The position numbers and the translations under genes are program-made. Of a stretch of DNA of 64,000 nucleotides, positions 1-9,941 are shown one piece after another; position 1 is the first letter of the stretch; every line of letters starts with the position of its first letter. Below the pieces are notes generated by a model. That model did no database searches and was not told the DNA's origin. It worked only from the letters and a program-made list of their open reading frames with translations. The stretch is from Alphaproteobacteria bacterium (GTDB taxonomy: Bacteria; Pseudomonadota; Alphaproteobacteria; UBA7887), in assembly GCA_965216755.1 (NCBI GenBank), contig CBDCGL010000011.1:3744001-3808000 (forward strand), written 5' to 3'.

Positions 1-66
1 ATAGGCGTCGAACATGTGGTTGTCGGCGGCGGTCACTATGACGGATTCACCCATCGTGTCGCCCAT
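1..66 (-). CDS. Dienelactone hydrolase family protein, N-terminal fragment (runs off the window edge)
   Basis: Manual translation gives MGDTMGESVIVTAADNHMFDAY, resembling the typical dienelactone hydrolase N-terminus. The start is at 66 or 54. Confidence 0.55.
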   Translation of the reverse strand, partial: MGDTMGESVIVTAADNHMFDAY

Positions 67-253
67 TCTCGATTTTGACCCTCAGATTTGCCGTTGAGAT
101 TACGCGATTCCTCTAACTGAAGGTATCGACTTTGCGCCACGCGATGCGATGGTGGCTGTTACGCGCGGCGGCGGGGCTTGGTTTTTTGACCCAATCGGAT
201 GATTATGGGGCCGATTAATTTGACACGTTGACGGTTTCGGGGGCCGGTGGACG

Positions 254-1834
254 ATGTCGCGAAAAATAGGTTCGTGCGTGCCGAATGATCGGCGACAACC
301 GACAGTTCTGAGCCGGGGCCTTGCCATTTGCGCCATCATTGCGAGCGGATTGGCTGGTTGTGGCGGTGCTGAATCGGATACCCAGGGTGCCCGGCCGTCA
401 GCCGCCGCACCCTACACCGATCGCTGGGACCAGGGCGATCATTTGCGGCAGCTTGTCGCCGCACAGCGCTTTGATGCCGCGGCTGCGCTGATTGCCAGCG
501 AGCGCGCCTATTTTGCTGCGGATTGGGACACGCACCGCGACACCGTCGCCAGAGTCGCCGATGGCCTCAATGCGCAATTCGCCGGCCGTTTGGAAGCGGC
601 CCGTGGTGGTTTGGCGACGGTGCGTTGGCCGGCGCCGCAACAGGATTGGCCGGCCTTTCGGCAGGCATTCGCAGCCGCGCAACGCGTCATGGATGAGTAT
701 GACGCCGTGCCGTTGTTCCAAGATCGGACATTTCGTTCGGACCTGGCGGATGAGGTCGCGTTGCGCCTCGCCCAAGACAAAGCGCGGCTGGATCGTTTCG
801 CGCCGGAAAGCTTCGTGCTGTTTGACCATTTCGGCCGGCAGTCGTTTTTTGATGTATGGCCCACGGACCTTGATCGGCGGGCTTTCATGTCAGCCCATTT
901 CGGCAACATCGAAAACCAACTGAGTCAGGCGACGCCCGCGCAATTGTTGCGATTCAGGGACCTTTATCCGCAAGACGAGGTGGTTGTCGGGCGCGCGGCC
1001 GAGAATATCGCCAATCTCTACGTTACTGCCATATTGGCCGATTTCGGCGGTCCCGTGGCCGACGTCAAGCCGTTGCTTGAAGCGTTGATTGCCGCCAATG
1101 CGCAGGGCTTTTCACCGACACAGGCGTCCGGCCTGACGATAGCCGCGGCAGATGTTTCCGAAGGTGTACCGGCGGCGGCCAGTGCGCGCCCGTTCCGGGC
1201 CGCAATCGCGCCCGATCTTGCCGGCATTACATGGCTCGGCAACCGCGCCAATCCATTGGCCACGCCCGACGCCCAGGCGGCCGATATTTTTATTGGTTTG
1301 GCGACGGCGTCGTCCCGCGCAAACTTGGCACAGGTATCGACGGCGATGATCCCATCGACCGCTCTGGAGGCGTCGCGCTTGGCGTTCGCGCCGACATTCG
1401 TGGCTGCGTGGCGTCAGGCCGTCGACGTGGCCAAAGGCGATCCGGCGGAGGTTTATCGCTTGGTGTCCGCGCAGGGCCCGGCCAGCGCGGCCGCCGACTC
1501 GGTCGTATCCGTAATGGCCGTGGACGGTGCTGGCGCGCTGCTGTCGCACTTGCAGTATCGCGAATATGCCTTCCGGCAGAGCCGTTTCACCGGCGACAAG
1601 CGCGTCACGCTGGTCTACACGATCATTGATCGAAGGCGGGGCGCGCAGTTTGAAGATGTCATGACGGTGAACGAACAGCGCGACTTCAAGGTACTGGTTG
1701 GGGTGCGCGACAACGACCCCTTGCGCGCGTTCCATTTCGCCGACGGCGCAACCGAAGAAGAAATCAGCCAATGGGATCGGCAACCGATGGAGGTCCAACT
1801 ATCGGCATTGGTCAATAATTTCTTGGGACGCTAA
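254..1834 (+). CDS. Hypothetical lipoprotein (526 aa)
   Basis: Long ORF with an N-terminal hydrophobic stretch and lipobox (GLAG|C). No family recognised. Confidence 0.7.
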   Translation: MSRKIGSCVPNDRRQPTVLSRGLAICAIIASGLAGCGGAESDTQGARPSAAAPYTDRWDQGDHLRQLVAAQRFDAAAALIASERAYFAADWDTHRDTVARVADGLNAQFAGRLEAARGGLATVRWPAPQQDWPAFRQAFAAAQRVMDEYDAVPLFQDRTFRSDLADEVALRLAQDKARLDRFAPESFVLFDHFGRQSFFDVWPTDLDRRAFMSAHFGNIENQLSQATPAQLLRFRDLYPQDEVVVGRAAENIANLYVTAILADFGGPVADVKPLLEALIAANAQGFSPTQASGLTIAAADVSEGVPAAASARPFRAAIAPDLAGITWLGNRANPLATPDAQAADIFIGLATASSRANLAQVSTAMIPSTALEASRLAFAPTFVAAWRQAVDVAKGDPAEVYRLVSAQGPASAAADSVVSVMAVDGAGALLSHLQYREYAFRQSRFTGDKRVTLVYTIIDRRRGAQFEDVMTVNEQRDFKVLVGVRDNDPLRAFHFADGATEEEISQWDRQPMEVQLSALVNNFLGR

Positions 1835-2331
1835 GAAATCTTCATCTGAATTTGTTGATACCTTCGACGCAAACAAAATTCGTCAGTTTGGGCGAAGATC
1901 ACTGTGTGACGATACGATATCCTTCTTTCCGTGTAGGGTGCTCTGATCCGTCTAGATTGTGAAATGCCCTTGATAAATCACCGGTATCAGGGATGAAATC
2001 TCTGTGCGTATCGTAGAGTCTCTATGACGATATTTGGAATATCTTGGTGGCAAAATTGATTTTCTATTGTAATAGAAAGAATATGTTCTGATTAAACGAA
2101 AACGACGGTCTTTGGCCTTCATTGCGATTAAGCATAACAAACTAAATTGTTATCCAACGACTGGATATTCTAAGAAGATTTCGTCACATATTGCGTGGAT
2201 ATAGGGATTCTTATATCAGTCCAAGAATGATGCGGTGGCGCTTTGAAAATTCCGTGAAGGCCAACAATTCTCAGCCACGCAAGGAAAATGAATCCCAGTG
2301 GCAAGGATTTCCCGCCAATGTCTAGGAATCC

Positions 2332-3432
2332 TTAGACGTTAAACCGAAACAGCAGAACGTCCCCGTCAGCAATCACATAATCACGGCCTTCTTGGCGCAT
2401 CTTGCCCGCATCCTTCGCGTCTTGTTCTCCTCCACAAGCAATATAGTCGTCAAAACTGATCGTTTCGGCGCAAATGAAGCCACGTTCGAAATCGCTGTGG
2501 ATGTTTCCTGCGGCTTCGGCCGCCGGCGCGCCGCGGGGCACTGTCCAAGCCCGGGATTCTTTCGGACCGGCGGTAAAGAAAGTGATCAAGTCGAGCAGGG
2601 CATAACCGGCTCTGATCAGGCGCGACAGGCCGCTCTCCTCCAATCCCAGATCATTCAAAAATCCGGTGCGCTCGGCCGCGTCGTCGAGCTGTGCGATCTC
2701 CGCTTCGATTGCCGCGGAAATCACCACAGCTTGCGCGCCCTCCGCCGCCGCCATCTCGGCAACCTTGGTGCTATGGCCGTTGCCCGTGGCGACATCGCCT
2801 TCGTCGACATTGCAAACATAGAGGACTGGTTTTGCGGTAAGCAATTGCAGGGCCTGACAACGGGTGCGATCGGCACCGTCGAAAGCCAGCTTGCGCGCCG
2901 GGATGCCGTCGCGCAGCGCGGCCAACACCTGCTCCATAACCGACAACGTTGCGCGGGTTTCCTTGTCGCCGCCACGCGCGCGTTTGGCGCTCGCTTCCAC
3001 GCGTCGCTCCATGCTGTCTAAATCGGCCAGCAGCAATTCGGTGGATACAGTCTCAGCATCGCCGATCGGGTCGACGCGGCCGCCAACATGGGCAATGTTG
3101 TTATCTTCGAAACAACGCAAAACATGGGCGATCGCATCGACGCCGCGAATTTGGCCGAGAAACTGGTTGCCCAGCCCTTCCCCTTGGCTGGCCCCACGGA
3201 CCAGCCCGGCGATATCGACGAATTCGAGATGGGTTGGGACAACGCTTGGCGAACCGGCCAGTTTGGCGACTTGGTCAAGACGGTCATCGGGCACCGCGAC
3301 CCGGCCGACATTGGGCTCGATCGTGCAGAATGGATAGTTGGCGGCTTCGGCCGCCGCCGTGCTGGTCAGTGCGTTAAACAGCGTCGATTTGCCGACATTG
3401 GGCAGGCCGACAATGCCACAGTTAAATCCCAT
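2332..3432 (-). CDS. ychF: Redox-regulated ATPase YchF
   Basis: GIVGLPNVGKST P-loop, NYPFCTIEPN, DIAGLV, C-terminal TGS domain ending LFRFNV. Confidence 0.98.
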   Translation of the reverse strand: MGFNCGIVGLPNVGKSTLFNALTSTAAAEAANYPFCTIEPNVGRVAVPDDRLDQVAKLAGSPSVVPTHLEFVDIAGLVRGASQGEGLGNQFLGQIRGVDAIAHVLRCFEDNNIAHVGGRVDPIGDAETVSTELLLADLDSMERRVEASAKRARGGDKETRATLSVMEQVLAALRDGIPARKLAFDGADRTRCQALQLLTAKPVLYVCNVDEGDVATGNGHSTKVAEMAAAEGAQAVVISAAIEAEIAQLDDAAERTGFLNDLGLEESGLSRLIRAGYALLDLITFFTAGPKESRAWTVPRGAPAAEAAGNIHSDFERGFICAETISFDDYIACGGEQDAKDAGKMRQEGRDYVIADGDVLLFRFNV

Positions 3433-3439
3433 ATGGCGC

Positions 3440-3879
3440 CTAGCGCGATATCCGACAAAATTGAACGATCCTGCCGGCGCACATTTTCGCCAATATCAAG
3501 TCGCTGTCCGCAAGGCGTATCCGGCATACGGCCAAGGATAGCGGCGCAGGGATTGACGTAAAATCGCCCGGCCCCGCAGGTTTGTGGCTGGCGGGCCGCC
3601 ACTTTGTCGTATGACTTGCCCGATGCGCGCGTGCGGTGGATCGGACGTACGCTTGATCTCGCATCGAGCACCAGAGCGAACGTCCGATCCGTGAACCGCA
3701 CGAGATCCAAATATTCGGCTCGTGTCCTGACGAAACAGAAGTTCGTAAGGTGCCTGGGGTCAGACGTGACGAACTGCGGTTTCGGGACACGAGCATCGCG
3801 CTGCGGCGGCATTCGCGTGGATCGCGACGCCGCCGAGCCGCGAGCAGAATTGATCCAATTTTGTCGGACACGGCTCTAG
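3440..3879. mobile_element. Non-autonomous MITE-like, highly structured element between pth and ychF
   Basis: CTAG at both ends (3440-3443, 3876-3879). Each lies exactly 7 nt outside a perfect 13-bp inverted repeat TCCGACAAAATTG (3451-3463) / CAATTTTGTCGGA (3856-3868). Five internal hairpins and no credible protein. Confidence 0.75.
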
Positions 3880-4493
3880 TCGCTGGCTTGGCGGTCGGTG
3901 GACGGGGTGTCTGACTTGGGCGGCCGCGGGTTCATGACCAGGGCGACTTTGTTCATGAAGTTGGCGTCATCGCCCCGTACCAGCTCCGGCGCCGCATCGG
4001 CGATTGCCGGCAGCATCCGGTCAAGCCATTCTTGATCGGCCTTGGCAAAGTCTTTCAGCACGTACCCGTGCACCATGTCGCGCTGGCCCGGATGGCCAAT
4101 GCCGATGCGCACGCGCCGGTAAGCCTTGCCGATATGGGCGTCGATGCTGCGAATGCCGTTATGGCCGCCGGCGCCGCCGCCCGTCTTGACCCTGAGTTTG
4201 CCTGGCGCCAGGTCAAGTTCGTCGTAAAGCACCACGATCGAATCGAGCTGCAGCTTGTAAAAGCGCGTGACTTCACCGACCGCGCGTCCGGACTCGTTCA
4301 TGAATGTCGTTGGCTTCAGGCCCAGCACGCGCGTGCCGGCGATATGGCCTTCGGCAATTTCACCCTGGAAACGACGTCGATAAGAGCCAAAGCGGTAACG
4401 CTGCGCGATGGCGTCAAGGGCCATGTAACCGACATTGTGACGATTCCAGACGTGTTTTGCGCCCGGATTGCCAAGACCGACGAACAACAACAC
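3876..4493 (-). CDS. pth: Peptidyl-tRNA hydrolase
   Basis: VGLGNPG, RHNVG, KPTTFMNESG, GGHNGIRS motifs. Confidence 0.97.
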   Translation of the reverse strand: MLLFVGLGNPGAKHVWNRHNVGYMALDAIAQRYRFGSYRRRFQGEIAEGHIAGTRVLGLKPTTFMNESGRAVGEVTRFYKLQLDSIVVLYDELDLAPGKLRVKTGGGAGGHNGIRSIDAHIGKAYRRVRIGIGHPGQRDMVHGYVLKDFAKADQEWLDRMLPAIADAAPELVRGDDANFMNKVALVMNPRPPKSDTPSTDRQASD

Positions 4494-4512
4494 AACAGGT
4501 CACCGCTGATGC

Positions 4513-5187
4513 CTATTCGCTTTCATCTTCGGTCGCCGCGCCGTCGGCCTCGGCTTCAGCTTCAGTTTCGATGCCTTCCTCTTCCTCGGCGGTTTCCTCA
4601 GCCTCGTGGACAACTGTTGGCGCGGCTACGGTCGCGATCGTGAAGTCGCGATCCGTGATGGTCGGCTGCACGCCGTCGGGCAAAGCCACCGCGCTGATAT
4701 GTATCGAGTCGCCGATATCGTGGCCGGTCAGGTCGATCTCAATCGCTTCGGGGATCGAATCGGCCCGGCAATTCAGTTCCACTGTGTGCCGCACAATGTT
4801 GAGCACGCCACCGCGTTTCAAGCCAGGCGCCGCTTCTTCATTGGCGAAGTGAACCGCAACTTCCACATTGACCCGGGAATCAGCGGTCAGGCGCAAAAAG
4901 TCGACATGCAGCGGTGTGTCCTTGACCGGGTGAACTTGCACATCACGCGGCAATGCGCGGACCTTGGTGCCGTCCACATCAAGGTCATAGAGACGGCTAA
5001 AAAAACCTGGGTCGCGAAACGCAAGCGAGAAGGTCTTTTGATCGATGGCGATCGCCATTGGCGCTTCCGACGTGCCATAGACGATGCCCGGCACATTTCC
5101 GGTCCGGCGGCATGCGCGCGCCGCGCCGGTGCCGATTGCCGTACGCCGTTGTGCGGCCATGCCCGCAATTTCTGCCATGTCATCCAC
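4513..5187 (-). CDS. rplY: 50S ribosomal protein L25/Ctc
   Basis: VPGIVYG, LHVDF, GLKRGGVL, GDSIHI motifs and an acidic tail; prs-rplY-pth order. Confidence 0.96.
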   Translation of the reverse strand: MDDMAEIAGMAAQRRTAIGTGAARACRRTGNVPGIVYGTSEAPMAIAIDQKTFSLAFRDPGFFSRLYDLDVDGTKVRALPRDVQVHPVKDTPLHVDFLRLTADSRVNVEVAVHFANEEAAPGLKRGGVLNIVRHTVELNCRADSIPEAIEIDLTGHDIGDSIHISAVALPDGVQPTITDRDFTIATVAAPTVVHEAEETAEEEEGIETEAEAEADGAATEDESE

Positions 5188-5251
5188 TCCTCAAAGGCCA
5201 ATTTGCGCCGCCGTTTTCACTTCAGCGGATCTTTGCCGGGACCTTTCGATT

Positions 5252-6184
5252 TCAATCGAAAAGACTTGAAACCGAGCTTTCCTCGCTGATCCGTCGCATC
5301 GCCTCGGCCAACAGCTGGGCGATCGACAAAACGCGAATATTGTTTGCCACGCGCACGGCCTCGGTTGCTTGGATCGTGTCTGTGATCACCAACTCGCTGA
5401 TCACCGACGCGCTAACCCGCGCCACGGCCCCGCCCGATAACACGCCATGGGCGACATAAGAGATTACCTTTGTCGCGCCCGCCTCGACCAATGCCTCGGC
5501 CGCGTTGCACAACGTGCCCGCGCTATCGACGATGTCATCTACCAGAATACAGCGCCGCCCTTCAACCTCACCGATGATGTTCATCACTTCGGAAACGCCG
5601 GCACGTTCGCGCCTCTTATCCACAATGGCCAAGCCGGCGTCAATCCGCTTTGCGATCGCGCGCGCGCGGACCACGCCGCCAACATCGGGCGAGACCACCA
5701 CCAGATCATTGCCGGCGTGGCGCGACTTGATGTCTGCGACCATTACCGGCGCGGCGAACAAATTGTCCACGGGGATATCGAAAAAGCCTTGGATTTGGCC
5801 CGCGTGCAGGTCCATGGTCAGCACCCGGTCGGCGCCCGCCACAGTGATCAGGTTGGCGACCAACTTCGCCGAGATCGGCGTCCGTGGTCCGGGTTTGCGG
5901 TCCTGCCGGGCATAGCCGAAATAAGGGATCACGGTGGTAATGCGTCGCGCCGACGCACGCTTCAAGGCATCAACCGTGACCAGCAGTTCCATCAGATTGT
6001 CGTTGGCGGGAAACGACGTTGACTGCACCAAGAACATGTCCTCGCCGCGGACATTTTCCAGAATCTCAACAAACACTTCTTGATCAGAGAAGCGCCGAAT
6101 GCCGGCATCGGTGAGCGGCATGTTGCAATAGGCCGCGACGGCTTCGGCCAACTGCCGATTGCTGTTTCCCGCGATGATCTTCAT
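5252..6184 (-). CDS. prs: Ribose-phosphate pyrophosphokinase
   Basis: [34 protein letters not shown]. Confidence 0.98.
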   Translation of the reverse strand: MKIIAGNSNRQLAEAVAAYCNMPLTDAGIRRFSDQEVFVEILENVRGEDMFLVQSTSFPANDNLMELLVTVDALKRASARRITTVIPYFGYARQDRKPGPRTPISAKLVANLITVAGADRVLTMDLHAGQIQGFFDIPVDNLFAAPVMVADIKSRHAGNDLVVVSPDVGGVVRARAIAKRIDAGLAIVDKRRERAGVSEVMNIIGEVEGRRCILVDDIVDSAGTLCNAAEALVEAGATKVISYVAHGVLSGGAVARVSASVISELVITDTIQATEAVRVANNIRVLSIAQLLAEAMRRISEESSVSSLFD

Positions 6185-6308
6185 GGCCGCCCGAATCCGA
6201 CGTTGAGTTGCGTCACGAAATACCGCACGCAGACAGCGCGGCCGGTGCGCCGCGCGCGGACTTTAACAGTGCTGTCACACAGTGTAAATCGACGGCGACA
6301 CGACGCGG

Positions 6309-7214
6309 TCACCGGGGCGCCGGACCGTTCGGCCGCGCGACGCGCTGTTGGTTCAGTGCGTCGAGTAGGTCGCGTAAACCATCGGCCGCGGCGATCGCAA
6401 TCGCGCCGGCGATTTCTCCCCATGGGCCGTCCAGGGTGCCCGCGGCGAGGCGGTTTTCTTGGCTGATCGATCCGAGCTCCTCACCGTCCGGCGCGATCAG
6501 CGACCAGTGGATGGCGACATCTTCATGGGCGCCGCGTGGTGTCATGTGAACAGTGCCCAGAATAACAAGCGTGTCGTCTTCGAGACCTTCGGCCAGCGCA
6601 ATGCCGTGCTGGTTGAGGGCCAAACGCAGCGCCTGTGTCAATGAACGGTTGCCGTCGCCCGGCGCGCCATCGACCGACATCACGGCAACCATTGGTGGCG
6701 CGCTGCGCGTGCCCGCCGATGGCGCCAAATCCTGCATCAAACTGGCGACCCGCGGGGCGGCGTGGCGCGCAATGATTCCGGCGAGTTGCGGATCGGCGCG
6801 TCGCCAATGGTCTGGCGCCACACTCTCGTCTTGCTCGAACAGGCCGACAACATCGCCGTCCGCATCGATCAATTGCCAACTGAGGCGAAGGCGGCCATCG
6901 GCCGTCGGATAGCGCGCCGTGCTGGTCAACAGATAGCTCGCGCGGTTGGCGGATAAGCGGCTGGCAGCGACGCCAACCGCGTGCAACGCCTCGGTCAAGG
7001 CATCTGCGGTGGCTGTACCCAGATCGCGCGGCATCTCGTCGGTCGCGGCGACGAAAATGCCGATCTTGTCCTCATAGGGCAAATTGGTGACGTCTTGCGT
7101 GGCCTTTGCGCTGGGCAGAAACGGCTTCGGCACCGGCTGGCACGCGGCCACGACGACGCACATCGCCGCCAACCACGTCGCCCGCCAGGGCCACGTCCAA
7201 CTACAACAGCGCAC
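6309..7214 (-). CDS. Hypothetical lipoprotein
   Basis: Lipobox-like VAAC followed by QPVPKPF. It fills the prs-pgeF gap; the start is uncertain. Confidence 0.7.
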   Translation of the reverse strand: MRCCSWTWPWRATWLAAMCVVVAACQPVPKPFLPSAKATQDVTNLPYEDKIGIFVAATDEMPRDLGTATADALTEALHAVGVAASRLSANRASYLLTSTARYPTADGRLRLSWQLIDADGDVVGLFEQDESVAPDHWRRADPQLAGIIARHAAPRVASLMQDLAPSAGTRSAPPMVAVMSVDGAPGDGNRSLTQALRLALNQHGIALAEGLEDDTLVILGTVHMTPRGAHEDVAIHWSLIAPDGEELGSISQENRLAAGTLDGPWGEIAGAIAIAAADGLRDLLDALNQQRVARPNGPAPR

Positions 7215-7282
7215 AGCTGGCCAACATGCCCAGTAGACAGAAGATCGCGGACAAGACCATATGGGGCATCGTGTCGCCCGGA

Positions 7283-8041
7283 TCAGGGGGTCAAGGCAAC
7301 CACGGACAGCGCACGTCCATAGCCCGCTTCACACCGATGAACGCTGCGACGGTAGCTGAAAAACAGGTCGGCATTCGCATAGGTATCGGCGGTGCATTCA
7401 TCCACTTCTGCCAATCCCGACCGGCGCAAACGCTGCGCCACATAGCCGGGCAAATCGAACTGATGGTAACCCGCCTGGGCGGAGGGTGCAAAAAACCCGG
7501 CATTGGCCGGGTCTTGATTGACAAACGCGGCGGGAAAGTCGGGGCCAACCTGGTACGAGTCCTGATTGATCGTTGGCCCAATCGCGGCGCGAATTTCGGG
7601 CTTCGCCGAACCCAGTGCAACCATGGCGTCAATAGTCGCTTCTAAGATGCCAGCGATGGCGCCGCGCCATCCCGCGTGGGCCGCGCCGACCACCCCGGGG
7701 GCGACAAACAAGACCGGTGCGCAGTCCGCGGTTAATACGCCCAGGGCGATGCCCGGCACGTCGGTGACCATGGCGTCGGCTTCGGGCGCCGCCATCGGCG
7801 CCCAGGGCGATTGCACCGGCACCACGGTTGCGCTGTGGATCTGAAAACAGGTCACCAAGCCGCCTTGTTCGGGCAAAATCTGGTGCAAGACGCGCGACCT
7901 GTTTTCATGCACCGCGTCGAGATCGTCGCCGGAGCCGAGGCCGCAATTGAGACTTTGGTACACACCCCTGGAAACGCCGCCTTGGCGCGTAAAAAAACCG
8001 TGCCGACAGTGGGCGGCGGTCAAAATCTCGCTGGTTAGCAT
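7283..8041 (-). CDS. pgeF: PgeF/YfiH family protein
   Basis: HGFFTRQGGVS, TADCAPVL, AHAGWRG, FFSYRR. Confidence 0.93.
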   Translation of the reverse strand: MLTSEILTAAHCRHGFFTRQGGVSRGVYQSLNCGLGSGDDLDAVHENRSRVLHQILPEQGGLVTCFQIHSATVVPVQSPWAPMAAPEADAMVTDVPGIALGVLTADCAPVLFVAPGVVGAAHAGWRGAIAGILEATIDAMVALGSAKPEIRAAIGPTINQDSYQVGPDFPAAFVNQDPANAGFFAPSAQAGYHQFDLPGYVAQRLRRSGLAEVDECTADTYANADLFFSYRRSVHRCEAGYGRALSVVALTP

Positions 8042-9147
8042 GGCGTGTTTGCTCCGCTTTCAAAGCCGGCCGGGGTCGCCAAATCTGGGCTGGTGATTGC
8101 CAATGCCTGAAAAAGCGCACCCATTTGATCGGGTGCGGTCAGACGGTGCACGGCCTGGTCGATGGCTGAGCGCTGGCCTGCGCTGGCGCGCTGGCGCAAC
8201 ATGGCGGCACGGGTTTCAAGTCCGAGGGCTGTCAAAATTACGGATTGGCTGACCGGTCCGTGACACCGGGCGCCGCTGGCGCGCGCCGCTGTGGCCAGGC
8301 CACCAAAATCGACTGCCGCGGCGATATCGCTGCACCCGACGGCCTCGAACGGGTCGACCGATTGATGATTGCGCACCGCTTGAACCGTCGCTCCGTGATG
8401 GTCGGCGCGGACAAAGTCGATGATCAGCGCCGCGCCGGCATCGCGGGTCAGCCGCGCGCCAATTTCAGCCGATAAGGTCGCGCCCGCGGCGGAAATCTCT
8501 TGGATTTGTCCGGGTTTTGCCGCCGACCAGCGCTTTGTCGCCAAGGCGCATGCGGGGGTCGGCGCGGTTGCGGTGACGACGGCGAACCGCGCCCGGTCAT
8601 GATCCCAGCTGACCAAGCGCTCGCGCCAGCCGGCCTCGGTCATGACAAATTGGTGCACCGGCAGCGCGTCAAAGAATTCGTTTGCGATCAATAGGAAAGC
8701 ACCGGTCGGGACGGCCGTCAGTCGGCCATGCCAGGACACTGGTGGGAAATTCGCGCTGGCGGATACCGCACTTTCTTGGCGGGCGCGCAGGGATGGGCTG
8801 GTCTCCACAAAATGGATGTGCAGCGCCTCGCGAAAATCTGGCACAGTCGCTGCGGCACGGATCAGGTCGACCATCAGCGTGCCGCGACCGGGGCCCAACT
8901 CGATCAAATTGACCGGCAACGGGCGGCCCATGGCCTGCCAAGTTTGGGCACACCACAAACCGATCAGCTCGCCAAACATCTGACTGATTTCTGGCGCCGT
9001 GATGAAATCGCCGCTGACGCCAAATGGGTCGCGGGTTGCGTAATAGCCATAATCGGGGGCGCTTAAGGCTTCGGCCATGAACTGGGCCATGGGGATCGGA
9101 CCGCCGATCTCGATCAGACGCGCCAAGCGGGCGGTCAGTGGTGTCAT
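8035..9147 (-). CDS. SAM-dependent methyltransferase, MidA/NDUFAF7 family
   Basis: GDFITAPEISQMFGE, ELGPGRGTL, ANEFFDALP. ATGA overlap with lgt. Confidence 0.92.
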   Translation of the reverse strand: MTPLTARLARLIEIGGPIPMAQFMAEALSAPDYGYYATRDPFGVSGDFITAPEISQMFGELIGLWCAQTWQAMGRPLPVNLIELGPGRGTLMVDLIRAAATVPDFREALHIHFVETSPSLRARQESAVSASANFPPVSWHGRLTAVPTGAFLLIANEFFDALPVHQFVMTEAGWRERLVSWDHDRARFAVVTATAPTPACALATKRWSAAKPGQIQEISAAGATLSAEIGARLTRDAGAALIIDFVRADHHGATVQAVRNHQSVDPFEAVGCSDIAAAVDFGGLATAARASGARCHGPVSQSVILTALGLETRAAMLRQRASAGQRSAIDQAVHRLTAPDQMGALFQALAITSPDLATPAGFESGANTPC

Positions 9148-9938
9148 GGTGACGCGCGGGCGCGCCAGATCAGCCACAAACCAGCCAACAGCATCGGCAG
9201 CGATAGCAGCTGGCCCATGGTGATGCCGCCGGCTAGAAAACCGATATGCGCGTCGGGCTGCCGAAATAGCTCACCGATCATACGTGCCAGCGCATAGCCC
9301 GCCAGGAACACCCCGGTCAACAGCCCGCGTCGACCGGCGAGGGCCGCGTTATGCGCCAACCAAGCCAAAACCACAAACAGCAACGCGCCCTCTAATGCCG
9401 CCTGATAGAGCTGGCTGGGGTGGCGCGGTTCTGGCCCGGCCATCGGAAACACCATGGCCCATGGCACATCGCCGGCACGGCCAAATAGTTCGCCATTGAT
9501 GAAATTCGACAGGCGACCAAAGAACAAGCCGATCGGCACGGCGGCGGCAACCGGATCGGAGACTTCAAAAACCGACACCTTTTGTCGCCGGGCAAATACC
9601 ACCATGGCAATAATCACGCCGATCAGGCCACCGTGGAACGACATGCCGCCTTGCCATATCGCCAACGCTTCCAACGGATTGGCGAGATAGTGACCGAGCC
9701 GATAAAACAACACATAACCGAGTCGCCCGCCCAACACGACGCCCAAGGTTGCCCACAGGAGCAAATCATCGATGGCGACCCCGCCGAGGCGGGTGACGCC
9801 GCGCCGCGACAAGTAGTGAACGTAGCGCCAGCCGAGCAACAAGCTCACCACATAGGCGAGCGCATACCAGCGAATCGCCAACGGGCCGATCTGAATGGCG
9901 ATCGGATCGAAGCCGGGAAAGACCAAAGGATCGTTCAT
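9144..9938 (-). CDS. lgt: Prolipoprotein diacylglyceryl transferase
   Basis: GGRLGYVLFY, GGMSFHGG, GRLSNFINGEL, HPSQLY. Confidence 0.97.
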   Translation of the reverse strand: MNDPLVFPGFDPIAIQIGPLAIRWYALAYVVSLLLGWRYVHYLSRRGVTRLGGVAIDDLLLWATLGVVLGGRLGYVLFYRLGHYLANPLEALAIWQGGMSFHGGLIGVIIAMVVFARRQKVSVFEVSDPVAAAVPIGLFFGRLSNFINGELFGRAGDVPWAMVFPMAGPEPRHPSQLYQAALEGALLFVVLAWLAHNAALAGRRGLLTGVFLAGYALARMIGELFRQPDAHIGFLAGGITMGQLLSLPMLLAGLWLIWRARASP

Positions 9939-9941
9939 CGG

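Noticed and set aside
3727-3750. CTGACGA hammerhead-like core inside the pth-ychF element
   Set aside because: The required GAAA after stem II is absent (the sequence reads CGTAA), and the segment is better explained by hairpin D.
3366-3879. Overlapping 91-148 aa ORFs in the pth-ychF spacer
   Set aside because: No recognisable motifs and Arg-rich shadow-ORF composition. The region is explained by inverted repeats.
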